Origin: a virus
Direction: 5' to 3' (one strand)
DNA length: 64,000 bases
Virus record (IMG/VR): IMGVR_UViG_3300006735_000027
Coordinates: 9,143-73,142 of that record
Under the pieces are notes generated by a model. The model did no database searches. It worked only from the letters and a program-made list of their open reading frames with translations, and was not told the origin of the DNA. Below are positions 48,016 through 57,819 of the stretch, one piece after another. Each line of letters opens with the position of its first letter. The first letter of the stretch is position 1. Both the position numbers and the translations under genes were made by a program.

Positions 48016-48021
48016 CTTAAA
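48016..48021 (-). promoter_or_regulatory. Putative TATA box (TTTAAG)
   Basis: It lies in the intergenic gap after the portal stop, 25 nt upstream of ATG 47991. Confidence 0.5.
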
Positions 48022-48031
48022 TGCTCCTGCG

Positions 48032-49768
48032 TCAAGCCCCCCGAGGACGGCGAGCGTCAAGGATGCTCTGGCCAGCCTGTTCGACGCCTCCCATAGGGGC
48101 GCCTCGTTGCTGAACACTGGAGAAGGGAGCGCCCGCACCCATGCTGGTGCGGTTCTGTGGACTGGCGGGACCGCGGTTCCTCAGACCGAAGCCCTCGCCG
48201 CCGGGGTTAGCCGCGCCGGGGACCTGTGCTTGACGACCCATCTGAGCAGCGAGTTGCGGCGGAATGTTCCGACCGGGCAAGGCTCCGGGCGTGCCCATGC
48301 CTCCACCCATTTGCATACCACCCATGGGCTGACCCTGCGGCGGTGGCTGTGCGCCCGGCTCAGGTTGCTTGTAGATGAAGCGAATGTCTCGGCTGGCATC
48401 TTCGACCAGCGTGGGCTGATAACCCATCATCATCATGCGCTGCGCGATGTTGACTTCCATCTCATCGCGCCGTAGGCGTGTGACCTCGTCCTCTTCTTCG
48501 TTGGGATAGAGGCTCAACTTCCAATCGCTGACGTCCATCTGTTCAACCATGCGCGGGAAAAGATGCTCGGTGTAGACCTTGTGACCAAACTCAACTGCAC
48601 GGTTGGTCACCAGAATCTGCATACCTTCGTTGTTCAGGCCGCCGGACTTGCCGGTGTCCATCATGAACACGTTCGACACACCGTAGAATGCGGCGATGCG
48701 CTGGCGCATCTCATCGCGTGCAGGGATGTACTGCATCTCCTCCAGAGAATCCATCAACTTGACCCAGTTCACGCCACCCTTACCATTACCTTCCGTAGCA
48801 ATCTTAGGGATGTAGTGCGGGTCGCGCTCCAACTTCTCATCCGTCGCCTTCCAAAACGACTTCATGGATTCAAGGTTTTCCGTGGTGATGCTCAAGATTC
48901 CACGAGGAATGCGACGCTTCGAGTAGGCCGTGTACATGTAATTGTCCATGGCGGTCAACGTCATGGCTTGTCGCCAGAGCGTTGAGACAGGGCTTCGGCC
49001 GTAGAGTTTCGACGGCTGGTACTTGCTGACGTGGATGACTTCGCCTTTGAGGTAGTATTGCGTTTTGCCACTCCCAGCCGTGTTGACGTGATGCACGTCT
49101 TCCATCTCAGTGCCACACGTCGGGCAGAATTTGTCGTTCTCGGAATACGCCTTGACCTCGGTGCGGTGAATGGGGCAAACCCGGAAACGCCCGCCACGAA
49201 CACCGCGCTTGTCGGCGATGATACGCATGAAGATAGGGTCGCCACGCACGACTTCTTTGATGCGATAGAAGGCCATTTCTTTCGTCTCAGGGTCCATGAA
49301 GTATTCTTTGATGAGGACGAGGAAAGCATCGTCGGTGATGTTGAGGTCGTACTCAATCTCACGCAGAACATCCATGAAAGTCTGTTCCATAGAGTTGCGT
49401 TGCTCAAGAAGCCAGCGAGCATAAACGAGTTGGTCGGGCTCAGGGTCACGCACTTCTCCACCACATTCGTTGCAGAGTTCAACGTCGTGCTGGTATTCTT
49501 TGTCGCATTCCGTACACTTCTTGTGAAACTTCTTCTCCCAACGGTAGCCACGGCGAAAGATTTCCTGCTGAAGCGTGCTAAGCACAGTGCGCAGGATGAG
49601 GTTTTCACTGGCCACGGCATACAGTGCAGGGATAGTGATACCTTGCACGAGGACAGGTTCTTGGATGCCTGTGGTCCACAGGGGCATCTGAGGCTCAGGC
49701 GTCGTCCTGCGACGGAACGGAGCACTCACAGATTCGAGCAAACGTCCGACACGACTCTTCTCCGCCAT
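48032..49768 (-). CDS. Portal protein with two Zn-ribbon insertions
   Basis: Portal motifs are DLNITDDAFL, EVIHV...LYGRSPV, IPRGIL and RQRIAAFYGVS. Inserts are CTEC/CNEC and CPIH/CPTC. The start at 49768 is coupled by TGATG to the upstream gene. Confidence 0.9.
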   Translation of the reverse strand: MAEKSRVGRLLESVSAPFRRRTTPEPQMPLWTTGIQEPVLVQGITIPALYAVASENLILRTVLSTLQQEIFRRGYRWEKKFHKKCTECDKEYQHDVELCNECGGEVRDPEPDQLVYARWLLEQRNSMEQTFMDVLREIEYDLNITDDAFLVLIKEYFMDPETKEMAFYRIKEVVRGDPIFMRIIADKRGVRGGRFRVCPIHRTEVKAYSENDKFCPTCGTEMEDVHHVNTAGSGKTQYYLKGEVIHVSKYQPSKLYGRSPVSTLWRQAMTLTAMDNYMYTAYSKRRIPRGILSITTENLESMKSFWKATDEKLERDPHYIPKIATEGNGKGGVNWVKLMDSLEEMQYIPARDEMRQRIAAFYGVSNVFMMDTGKSGGLNNEGMQILVTNRAVEFGHKVYTEHLFPRMVEQMDVSDWKLSLYPNEEEDEVTRLRRDEMEVNIAQRMMMMGYQPTLVEDASRDIRFIYKQPEPGAQPPPQGQPMGGMQMGGGMGTPGALPGRNIPPQLAAQMGRQAQVPGAANPGGEGFGLRNRGPASPQNRTSMGAGAPFSSVQQRGAPMGGVEQAGQSILDARRPRGA

Positions 49769-51075
49769 CACAGACCCTCCGCCCAACTCATGACCGTATC
49801 GCGGTCGACTCCCCATTCTCGCAACGAGTCCTCACCTTTGGCAGTTCCGTCTCGGTTCGAGAACTGCACAAGTCGCTTCAACTGCGTCTTTCGTACAGGG
49901 TTCTCTTCACGGATGTAAGCCTTCACTGCCTTCGCCTGCATGTCTTTCATACGCAGATGAGGGGTGATGCCGTCCAACAACTTGTGCAAGTCGTCCTTTG
50001 CGTAGAACGACACGCGGTGCTGACTCCGTTGAGTGTCCGAGTAGACCTTCTGGTCCAGTTGCAGAATGCCGGCTCCAATGTTCTTGTGCAACTGTTCGCA
50101 GTGCATGCGCCCTCGGTCGCCCGTAGCGATGAAGCCAGCGCGCGGCTCACCGCGCTCGGTAATGGTGATGTAACCGTCAGCGTCGAGGAAGCCCGCAGCG
50201 TAGGCCCAAGGGTCCTTCAGAATGAGGCCCTCTCGCGTCATGGAGATGAACTCTCCTCGGCGATGACCCTTGACGATGTTGACTTCCTCACCATACATGT
50301 TGAGCAACTTGGACAAGCGACCGGCCGTGATGCGACTGACGCCCTTCTCGACGAGGTTGCTGGTAATGGCACGAGCCGTCATAGCACCTTTCTCGTCAAT
50401 CTCAGCCTTAGCCATCTGCATCCACTTCTGCTGCTCTTTGGTCAAGGAGTCAAACTGGTGCAGCGCTGTGCGCCACATTTTGCGAGCGTCCTGCTTTTGC
50501 TGCATAGCGCCGACCCACGCCTGCCGCTCTTCTTCACCCCAAACGTCAGCGAACTCGTCCAATTTTTCTAACGCATCCTCAGCCGCTTCCCAAACGTTGC
50601 AGGCTCGCACGAGACTGGACTTACGGGTGTTGCCGAACAAGCGCAGCGAGCGCAAGTCCTTGTTGGACAGCCCCATCTTACGCATGGTATCTGCGTGCGG
50701 TCCAGCCCAGTCGAAGAGGCTCAGCGTCGCTTCGACCTCCGTTCCTTTGAGAGTGCGAATCCCGTGAATCAGTGCATCAATCTCTTCCTTGTCGTCTTTC
50801 AACACGCGACGCGCTTTACGCAAATCTCGGATAATGGACGACGCACTCTTACCGATGCGGTCCTCGAACCAACCTTCGCCAGTTGGTGAAAAGGGAGCAT
50901 ACTGCGGCGCTGGTGCGGGCTCTCCTGTGACGATGACGGTCTCAGATGCAATCGACTTGGCGATGTCGCCGTCGACCAGAGGGTGCGCGGTCAAACTGGA
51001 TGCGATGGTCGACAAGAGGTCATGGCCCATGTCGATGTGCTGGGTTGGACCCCCTACGCTCAGACTTGGCCACAT
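49768..51075 (-). CDS. Free-standing single-motif LAGLIDADG endonuclease-domain protein with long N-terminal extension
   Basis: YAAGFLDADGYI...ITPHLRMK occupies the C-terminal ~145 aa. The N-terminal ~290 aa are helical and include an HTH-like segment (MTARAIT...TAGRLSKLL). Confidence 0.8.
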   Translation of the reverse strand: MWPSLSVGGPTQHIDMGHDLLSTIASSLTAHPLVDGDIAKSIASETVIVTGEPAPAPQYAPFSPTGEGWFEDRIGKSASSIIRDLRKARRVLKDDKEEIDALIHGIRTLKGTEVEATLSLFDWAGPHADTMRKMGLSNKDLRSLRLFGNTRKSSLVRACNVWEAAEDALEKLDEFADVWGEEERQAWVGAMQQKQDARKMWRTALHQFDSLTKEQQKWMQMAKAEIDEKGAMTARAITSNLVEKGVSRITAGRLSKLLNMYGEEVNIVKGHRRGEFISMTREGLILKDPWAYAAGFLDADGYITITERGEPRAGFIATGDRGRMHCEQLHKNIGAGILQLDQKVYSDTQRSQHRVSFYAKDDLHKLLDGITPHLRMKDMQAKAVKAYIREENPVRKTQLKRLVQFSNRDGTAKGEDSLREWGVDRDTVMSWAEGL

Positions 51076-51103
51076 GGTGTTCCCTCATTTTGGTGCACTA
51101 TAG

Positions 51104-52582
51104 TCATACCGTGAACCACGCACCCGCAACCCTGCGAGAAGGAGCATCGCCGAACCAGTCGTCAACTCCGTCGAGGTAATCGTCGAGCATCACGATGCTA
51201 CCCTTGAACTCCTTGGTCGCCCAGTTGGCCAGTGCGAGGCTGACGGCCAAGTCGTCGTGCGAGCCCACGGACTCCATGCGCCCGTTCTTCTGCATGCCGA
51301 ATCGGCTCAGTTCTGTTTCAAGCGTGCGCGTGAATTCTTTGCTTCGCTCGTCACCCCACGGGGTCTTGATGTGGCCCTGCTCGAAAGCCATGAGCAGCGA
51401 CATGAACATGCTCTCTTTCTTCTGACGCGTCGTCATGAACGTCTTGACGGGAATGTCCTCGCGCATGTCGCGCAACTCTGCCTCGAACATGCGTTGGAAG
51501 TTGTTGCCTTCCAACTCGATGAGGTCGGGCTGGAAGCGGTTGTTGAGCATGATGATGTGACGCTTCTGCGCCGTGCTGTTCAGCCCCTTCTGATGAACGA
51601 CGTGCACGACTTCTTTCCGCTCGCTGCCCGGAGGCATGCGCATGACGGTCATGGCCGTGTAGTCAGCGTTCGAGTCGCTGGCGATGGCGGGGTCCCAGCC
51701 GATGAAGTGCTGACCAAACAAGCCGCTGGCTTCGCCTTCCTCGTCGTATTCGTTCTCTGCTCTGTCCATCAAGAACAGTTCTGAGTCGCGCGCCTTCTCC
51801 AGCAGCGTCATCGGGAACATGCTCGACATGTCGTGAATCGGCTCACATAGATACTCACGTGCAAACTTGATGGCAGGCATGGACTCCTCACGCTGTTTGA
51901 GGGCATCAAGCGGCCATCGGTTTGGCCAGAGCGGCTCGCCGTTGGGCATAATCGCTGGATAGGTCTCGACGGTGAACGTGTCTTTGTCCTCCAACTCAGC
52001 ATACAGGTCATTGTACGAGAACGGGGTGCCGACCATCATCAGTCGGCCTGTGTGGTGCAGCACAGGGAGCAGAACGGTGTAGAACCAGTCGGCCGCACGC
52101 TGCAGTTCAGAACTGGTCGTGCCCCACAGAATGTCGTCGCAGACGACCACGTCGGGGTGGAACCCACGGGTTGCACCGCCCACGGACTTGGCCATGATAC
52201 GGCTGCCGTTGGTGAACTCGAAGTAGGACTTGGCCCACGGCTTGCCCGCAGGCTTCAGGCCCTTGAGGATGTCCGAGGACTCAATGTTGTTGCGGATGAA
52301 CCGCATGTGTTCCAGCGTCTGCTCCAGCGAGTGGGAGAAAATCATGACGTGTGTGTTGGGCTTGAACGCCGCCAACCAGAGTGCGTAGGACATGAAGAAC
52401 ACGGACTTGCCGTGGTCACGGCTCGCTTTCACGCAGTAGTAGCGGTGTTCGTTCAAGCCCTTGAGCCAATCCTCGTGATGGTCGGACAACTCGAACTCCA
52501 GAATGTCCGTGAAGAAGTATGCGAAGGACTTCTTGGACATCTGCGTGTCCATGTCGTGAATGAGGTTGTTGACGTCAGCCAC
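51104..52582 (-). CDS. terL: Terminase large subunit
   Basis: It has the adenine-binding segment LSDHH, Walker A ASRDHGKS, Walker B VVVCDD, coupling motif VGTP, and nuclease motifs IGWDPA...DYTA...HDDLAVS. Confidence 0.95.
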   Translation of the reverse strand: MADVNNLIHDMDTQMSKKSFAYFFTDILEFELSDHHEDWLKGLNEHRYYCVKASRDHGKSVFFMSYALWLAAFKPNTHVMIFSHSLEQTLEHMRFIRNNIESSDILKGLKPAGKPWAKSYFEFTNGSRIMAKSVGGATRGFHPDVVVCDDILWGTTSSELQRAADWFYTVLLPVLHHTGRLMMVGTPFSYNDLYAELEDKDTFTVETYPAIMPNGEPLWPNRWPLDALKQREESMPAIKFAREYLCEPIHDMSSMFPMTLLEKARDSELFLMDRAENEYDEEGEASGLFGQHFIGWDPAIASDSNADYTAMTVMRMPPGSERKEVVHVVHQKGLNSTAQKRHIIMLNNRFQPDLIELEGNNFQRMFEAELRDMREDIPVKTFMTTRQKKESMFMSLLMAFEQGHIKTPWGDERSKEFTRTLETELSRFGMQKNGRMESVGSHDDLAVSLALANWATKEFKGSIVMLDDYLDGVDDWFGDAPSRRVAGAWFTV

Positions 52583-52583
52583 A

Positions 52584-53675
52584 TCAATCCACCCCTACGA
52601 GCCTACTCTGAGGATTCTGCTGCGCCCGCGCTTCACGAAATTTCTCCTCCTCTTTTCGACGCTGTTCGCTCTGGCTCATCCCACTGAATGCGCGCGTCTG
52701 CAAGTCACTGATGCCTTGCCCCTCCTCACCCATTGGTTGAGAAGGCCTCACAGCAACATCACCGGGCTCGTTCTCAGTTTGCATGTTGAATCCAGTTGCA
52801 TCCGTCACACCTTGTCCTACACGGTCGGCTGTTTCGTTGCCACTGGCCACGCTACCGGGAGGAGCAGGAAGTGGGGGTAGTTGAACAGCAACTTCCTCTC
52901 CTCTTGCATTGGTAGGCCCTTGCCTCGCGGCCATGGCTGCAGCGGTTCGATGCTCCAAGTCGTCAATGCCCATTCCTCCCACCATATTACCGAAGTTGCG
53001 AGCCACTTGCGCATAACGCGCATCTTCTGCACCGAACTCATCACCACGAGCCGCTGCACGCGCCTGTCTGAAACGTGCTCCTTCACGGCTCATTTGCGCT
53101 GCATCTGCTACGTTTTGTTGAGCCTGTTGACGGACTCCAACATTCGCCTCATTCGCGCGCCGAAGAGCCTCTTGCCGTTCAAACGCACGGCGGCGATTGT
53201 ACGCGCCCGGATTCATCACACCCGCCGCAGCCCGACCTGCGAATCGACGTACTTTACCCGAGTCATCGTTTTCAAGCATAGCGAAACTACCGAGGTTACG
53301 CCCTTCCTGATACGGCTGCTCAAGTTCAGCCGCTCTCTCAGTAGCCCTGTCCAAGCGACGCTGTTCACGAAGGTCAGCACGGGCTTGCCCAGTGCGCGTA
53401 GTGAGTCCTCGACCAATTCCGCGACCAAGTGCAGAGCCCTGAGCACCACCCGAAATGGCGCTTTGGACCAGCCCACCGAGACTACGGTGCTGGCCGGTCA
53501 GCGCACCCGCTGCACCAGCGAGCATGCCAAGTCCACCGAGCGCACGCTGCCCACGAGTGACGCCGACAGCGCCTCGTCCCCGACCGCCGCCACCACCGGT
53601 AACCAGAATTGGCGCACCGGTGACGGGGTACTGGACACCTACCGCTTTGCGAACAGCGACCTTGTCCATCACCAC
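52584..53675 (-). CDS. Gly/Ala/Arg-rich protein with glycine-zipper segments (putative internal/ejection protein)
   Basis: It has GxxxG-rich hydrophobic stretches (ALGGLGMLAGAAGALTG; SGGAQGSALGRGIGRG) and helical Q/A/R regions. Confidence 0.55.
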   Translation of the reverse strand: MVMDKVAVRKAVGVQYPVTGAPILVTGGGGGRGRGAVGVTRGQRALGGLGMLAGAAGALTGQHRSLGGLVQSAISGGAQGSALGRGIGRGLTTRTGQARADLREQRRLDRATERAAELEQPYQEGRNLGSFAMLENDDSGKVRRFAGRAAAGVMNPGAYNRRRAFERQEALRRANEANVGVRQQAQQNVADAAQMSREGARFRQARAAARGDEFGAEDARYAQVARNFGNMVGGMGIDDLEHRTAAAMAARQGPTNARGEEVAVQLPPLPAPPGSVASGNETADRVGQGVTDATGFNMQTENEPGDVAVRPSQPMGEEGQGISDLQTRAFSGMSQSEQRRKEEEKFREARAQQNPQSRLVGVD

Positions 53676-55630
53676 TCACCTCGCAAGAAGCCGTCGAAGT
53701 AGCCCATCTTCTTCCTCAACAGGTCGAGGTCGGAGGCCACATCATTTGAGCGTTGCACCAACGAGCCAGTGCCGATGTCGAAGAAGGTCTGGTCACGCGG
53801 AGTGCCGCGGAATTGCTGATACTGCTCCTCCAAAGCAGTGGCCGGGCGCATCGGATAAGGTGCGATTTGAGGAGCAGGAGCCACGCGGGGCTGAGGTACA
53901 GGCGCAGCAGGTGGAAGAGCCTGAGCCGTGGGAAGTTGAGGTGATGCGGGTGCGCCTCTTCCCTGCAAGAAATCGCCACGGAGTTCGGATAGAGGGCGTC
54001 TGATACCCACCTGCCCTTCAGATGCTTTCTCGGGAAGAGGTTGCGAAGGCTCCTTTCGGCCAATGGGCTCCACCTCGTTTGGAAAGTGCATTCTGTCCTC
54101 CCATACCACAGGCGCCTTTGAGTCGCCAAACGCAATGCGCCCGTGCGATTGGATGCCCTGTGTCGGGATGCTGCCCAAGGAAAATGATTCATGACCCGTG
54201 CGACCAAGCATGGCGTCGATGATGGACTCCGCTTTTTCGCGGAAACCGTCATGGTCCTCGTGCGGCCCAAAGCGCGTTCCCGCAGAAATGTCGGCTTCAC
54301 GCACGCGTCGCATGACTTCGACCTTGGCCTCGTCTTCGGACATGCCTTGGTCCATCAACTTCGCAGCCACGTGGCTCATGTGCGCCGCAATGTCTGCCGC
54401 GTGCTTGTTCGCTTTACGACCAAAGTCGCTGCTCGCATCTTGCACAGCCGCTGCAGCGTGTTCAGCGTGAATGCCGAACGACTCTTCGTTGTGGTCGGAG
54501 CCAATAGCCTGAAGCAACTGCTGCGTCAACTTCTTCGTTGCACCGTCGCCGCTGGGCACGCCAACACGGTGACCCCCACTTTGGAACAGCATGCGCATGA
54601 CGCGGGTGCTGGCCAACTTCTGCAACTCTTCGTCGCTCATATCGTCAGCAACGCCCATGCCACGGATGCCGCTGGCGATGCGTTCCGGCAACGTCGTGCC
54701 GTCCTTGCTCTTGCGGCCACCAACCCGAGCCGTGGTGGGATGATAGTACACGTCAGGAAGCAACTTGGCCATCTGGTGCGCGTGCACTTCTGGATGCGAG
54801 CGCTGTTCTGCGCGGGCTTGCTTCAATTCTTCACTCAGGTAGTGGGGTGGAAGCGTACCAGTACGCTCGTAGGCTCTGTAATCTCTTGGACCGACGCTCT
54901 TCACCAATCCACCAGACAACGTGCCGGGCTTGAGCGCACTGTGCTGTGCCCAGTATTCCGAGTTGACTTCCTGCGGATTCTTTCCATCCGCAATGAGGCG
55001 GTCGGCCAGTTGCTTGCCAATGTAGACCAGTCCACCGTCAATCCAGTTCCCTGTCTGACCGCCAGCCATGTTCCCCTGATTCATCGAATAGGTGATGAGA
55101 TGGCGCTTGCCGGACGCCTCGTCAATGCGTTGAGAGCGAGACTGGCGGGCGTGAACGGGCAGGTTCTTGTCGTGGTACGGTCCGACGTGCACCTTTCGCC
55201 ACTGCGGACTGTCGGCCGGAGGCAGGTAGTGGTTGCTCTGGTCTTTTCCGTGCGTGTCGTCGTGTATGGCGTTATAGTCATCAATGGCACCGTTTGCCAT
55301 CTCAAGCGCCCGTTCAGGAGTGTAGCCGAAGATGTCCTGTAATTGACCCAACATGTAGTCCATTGGGTGCATGCCGCCGGGGAGCAATTCACCGGTTTCG
55401 GGATGGTGGTTCCACGGAGGGTGGTCTGGGACGTTTGGGTCAGGGTTGACGGCGCTCTCTGGCGCCCAAGGTGGGTGAGGTACGGGCTCACCATTCGGTC
55501 CTCGAAGGTAAAGCAGACCAGCACTCTTCAGAAGCGGGGTGCCCCGCATCACGTCGAGAAAGTGGTTGGTGCCAAAGAAGGGGACCTGCTTGCGAAGGTA
55601 CGACGTCGCGGGCAAATGCACCTTGAACAT
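53669..55630 (-). CDS. Hypothetical 653-aa protein (putative internal virion protein)
   Basis: This long ORF in the packaging block is coupled to both neighbours and carries a PLLKSA motif. I recognise no domain. Confidence 0.7.
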   Translation of the reverse strand: MFKVHLPATSYLRKQVPFFGTNHFLDVMRGTPLLKSAGLLYLRGPNGEPVPHPPWAPESAVNPDPNVPDHPPWNHHPETGELLPGGMHPMDYMLGQLQDIFGYTPERALEMANGAIDDYNAIHDDTHGKDQSNHYLPPADSPQWRKVHVGPYHDKNLPVHARQSRSQRIDEASGKRHLITYSMNQGNMAGGQTGNWIDGGLVYIGKQLADRLIADGKNPQEVNSEYWAQHSALKPGTLSGGLVKSVGPRDYRAYERTGTLPPHYLSEELKQARAEQRSHPEVHAHQMAKLLPDVYYHPTTARVGGRKSKDGTTLPERIASGIRGMGVADDMSDEELQKLASTRVMRMLFQSGGHRVGVPSGDGATKKLTQQLLQAIGSDHNEESFGIHAEHAAAAVQDASSDFGRKANKHAADIAAHMSHVAAKLMDQGMSEDEAKVEVMRRVREADISAGTRFGPHEDHDGFREKAESIIDAMLGRTGHESFSLGSIPTQGIQSHGRIAFGDSKAPVVWEDRMHFPNEVEPIGRKEPSQPLPEKASEGQVGIRRPLSELRGDFLQGRGAPASPQLPTAQALPPAAPVPQPRVAPAPQIAPYPMRPATALEEQYQQFRGTPRDQTFFDIGTGSLVQRSNDVASDLDLLRKKMGYFDGFLRGEW

Positions 55631-56763
55631 CAGCCAACCCTCCCGCTTCCGCGGGCAACGAACATCGTGGACGGTGCGCCCCAGTTCTTGGGGTCATCTT
55701 CCAGATTCTCAGTCCCACCCTCAGGTTTGGTCGTGCTGTCTTGCCCTTCACGGTGACCCGCTTCGCGGTTGTTCCCCGGCCCTCCAGACACTGCCGCTTT
55801 GAGGCGACGCTCTTGTCGCTCAGCAGCCTCCTTCAATTGACGGAGGAGGCGGCGAATTTGAGTGAAGCGAAGGTAATCCTGCATCTTCTGCAAGTCTTCG
55901 ATGTCCTCTTTGATGAGGTCGAGTGACTTTCCAAAGTTGCGACCCATTTCGCGCACGGTGGTTGGCTCTCTGAGTTTGAGACCCTGTCCGCTCGCAACCT
56001 TTGGTGAGCGCGGAGAATATGACGTCTCAGGGCCGAAACCATGACCGGCAGGATTGACGGGGATGTTACCCATCAACTTACGACGAGCCTGTGTGGCCAT
56101 CTGATGACCATACTTCTGAGGAAACATACGAAGCGGCTGCTTGGTGTCGATGCCAAGATGCGTGCGATGCACACTGAGTGGAGCGCGGTCAAGGCCCCGC
56201 TTCTTGCTTCCACCCATCGCACGGGACTGTTGCTTTGCACGACGACTGGTGGCCGTCTCAATTTGAGCCCCACCGGGCTGCGTCTCAAACTGAGTCTGCC
56301 TCCAGTTCTTCGGACGAGCCTTGCCCGCATCATCGAGTCGGGACTTCATCAGCGTAGACCACGCATCTGCCATCGGCTCACCCGTCGCCAACATGCCGCC
56401 GGGGGCAGGCATGGTGCCGGTCGCATTGCCAATGCTGAGGTTGCCCATGTCGGGCATGCCCGTCATGGCGCCAAACTGCTGACCTTCACTGAACTGGTCA
56501 TCCATCATTGGAGGCTCTTCTTCCTCCTCAGGCATCATAGGAGGCATCTGTGGCTCGGGCTTGGGAATGGACAACTGAAGGTGAGGAAGGTCGTCAGCCG
56601 ACGTAGACTGCTCCTTATCCTTCATCTTCTGGTCGCGGACCTGCTCCATGACCTCGGGGTCACCGATGCCGTGGTCGTAGCCACCGTCATCTTTGGAGTA
56701 GCCAAGATTGGACTCGCTACGAGGACTGTACATCCGCGTATCAGAACCGGTCGTCATTGGCAT
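55630..56763 (-). CDS. Low-complexity 377-aa protein (putative internal virion protein)
   Basis: An acidic Pro/Met-rich N-half is followed by AWSTLMKS and a basic C-half. It has a GAGGTGA RBS. Confidence 0.7.
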   Translation of the reverse strand: MPMTTGSDTRMYSPRSESNLGYSKDDGGYDHGIGDPEVMEQVRDQKMKDKEQSTSADDLPHLQLSIPKPEPQMPPMMPEEEEEPPMMDDQFSEGQQFGAMTGMPDMGNLSIGNATGTMPAPGGMLATGEPMADAWSTLMKSRLDDAGKARPKNWRQTQFETQPGGAQIETATSRRAKQQSRAMGGSKKRGLDRAPLSVHRTHLGIDTKQPLRMFPQKYGHQMATQARRKLMGNIPVNPAGHGFGPETSYSPRSPKVASGQGLKLREPTTVREMGRNFGKSLDLIKEDIEDLQKMQDYLRFTQIRRLLRQLKEAAERQERRLKAAVSGGPGNNREAGHREGQDSTTKPEGGTENLEDDPKNWGAPSTMFVARGSGRVG

Positions 56764-56774
56764 CTCATTTCACC

Positions 56775-57476
56775 TCACAACATTTCGAGGATGTCGGCGT
56801 TCACGTCTTCGTCCCCGCTGGCCATCAGACTGGCTTTGACGCGCTTCCACACGTCCGGGCTCTCCTTACCCAGTTCCACCTTCAACACATTGATGGTATT
56901 ATTGGCGACATTTGTCGTCGGCTCAGCCCACTTCTCTTGATACATGCTCAAGTCCTTCAGCGTCTCTCGGACCTCTTTGTGCAAGCGTACCATGTCGCCG
57001 ATGACGCCGTCATCATGAACACTACTTTCCTGCATGAATTGGGACAACTTACCGTTGAGGCTCTGAACGTTCTCACGTAGAATGTTGATTTCTTGACCCG
57101 CGTTGATGGCCACAATGGCCGCAGAACTCTGCTTGACGAGTGGCTGAAAGTGCTGTTTCATGTGGCGATAGACCGCTTCTTCGCTGCACTCCAGTTCAGC
57201 CGCGATGTCCTCCGTCGTCCGCTCACCTTCAAAGTACGCGACTTCCAACATGCGCCGGTCATCATCTGTGCACACAGCGCACGAGTGATTTGCACCAACG
57301 TGGTAGTCGCCCACGTGATTGCGCATATGTCGCTCAGCCGTATTGGCTCGCCAACCCATGTCTTTGTCCATCACGCGAACGTCTGCGACGCCATCAATGA
57401 TGTTCTGTTCCAACTCTTCACGGTCTCCGTGTTGGCAAAACGGGCAGGACCGCTTGTTCTGCCGCCCAGCCCCCAT
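56775..57476 (-). CDS. Probable terminase small subunit / duplicated Zn-HTH DNA-binding protein
   Basis: Two tandem CxxC...HTH...RHMxxH units (CPFCQH...ERHMRNH; CAVC...YRHMKQH) are followed by a coiled coil. It is the first gene of the operon containing terL. Confidence 0.6.
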   Translation of the reverse strand: MGAGRQNKRSCPFCQHGDREELEQNIIDGVADVRVMDKDMGWRANTAERHMRNHVGDYHVGANHSCAVCTDDDRRMLEVAYFEGERTTEDIAAELECSEEAVYRHMKQHFQPLVKQSSAAIVAINAGQEINILRENVQSLNGKLSQFMQESSVHDDGVIGDMVRLHKEVRETLKDLSMYQEKWAEPTTNVANNTINVLKVELGKESPDVWKRVKASLMASGDEDVNADILEML

Positions 57477-57537
57477 GCGTTAGGCCACGACCTTGGCCAT
57501 CATAACGGTTTTCAAGGCAAGTGCCCTCGGTTTGACG
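57477..57537. promoter_or_regulatory. Divergent overlapping archaeal-type promoters
   Basis: On the minus strand GAAAACCG-TTATGA (TATA-like, 57505-57500) lies 24 nt above the terS ATG. On the plus strand TTTTCAAG (57509-57516) lies about 22 nt above ATG 57538. Confidence 0.45.
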
Positions 57538-57819
57538 ATGCGTCTACCCCGCGCTCAGCCTCGAATCCGAGGTGTTCCGGTGTCCATTGAAACCGCCAGA
57601 AGCCTGAGCAAGGCTGCGCGAGACGTGTTGCTGCGGCGACGTGTACCCGAAATGGTGCAAACTCAGCGCCTTGAAAAGTGCCGCTCATGCACCAGTTGGG
57701 ATGCTGTCTACAGTCGATGCACAGAGTGCGGCTGCCAGATGCGCGTCAAAGCCGCTCTATCGTCAAGCGAATGCCCGCTCAAGAAGTGGGGACCTCATAT
57801 CTCGGAAATCCGAGAGTAG
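57538..57819 (+). CDS. Cys-rich protein (DUF6171-like pattern)
   Basis: The sequence RLEKCRSC...RCTECGCQMRVKAALSSSECPLKKW matches this pattern. It is the only credible plus-strand gene in the structural block. Confidence 0.7.
   Translation: MRLPRAQPRIRGVPVSIETARSLSKAARDVLLRRRVPEMVQTQRLEKCRSCTSWDAVYSRCTECGCQMRVKAALSSSECPLKKWGPHISEIRE

Noticed and set aside
49768-51075. LAGLIDADG domain as part of an intein or intron in terL or portal
   Set aside because: There are no intein termini (N-terminal Cys/Ser block, C-terminal His-Asn). Both terL and portal appear complete, and the ORF is free-standing.
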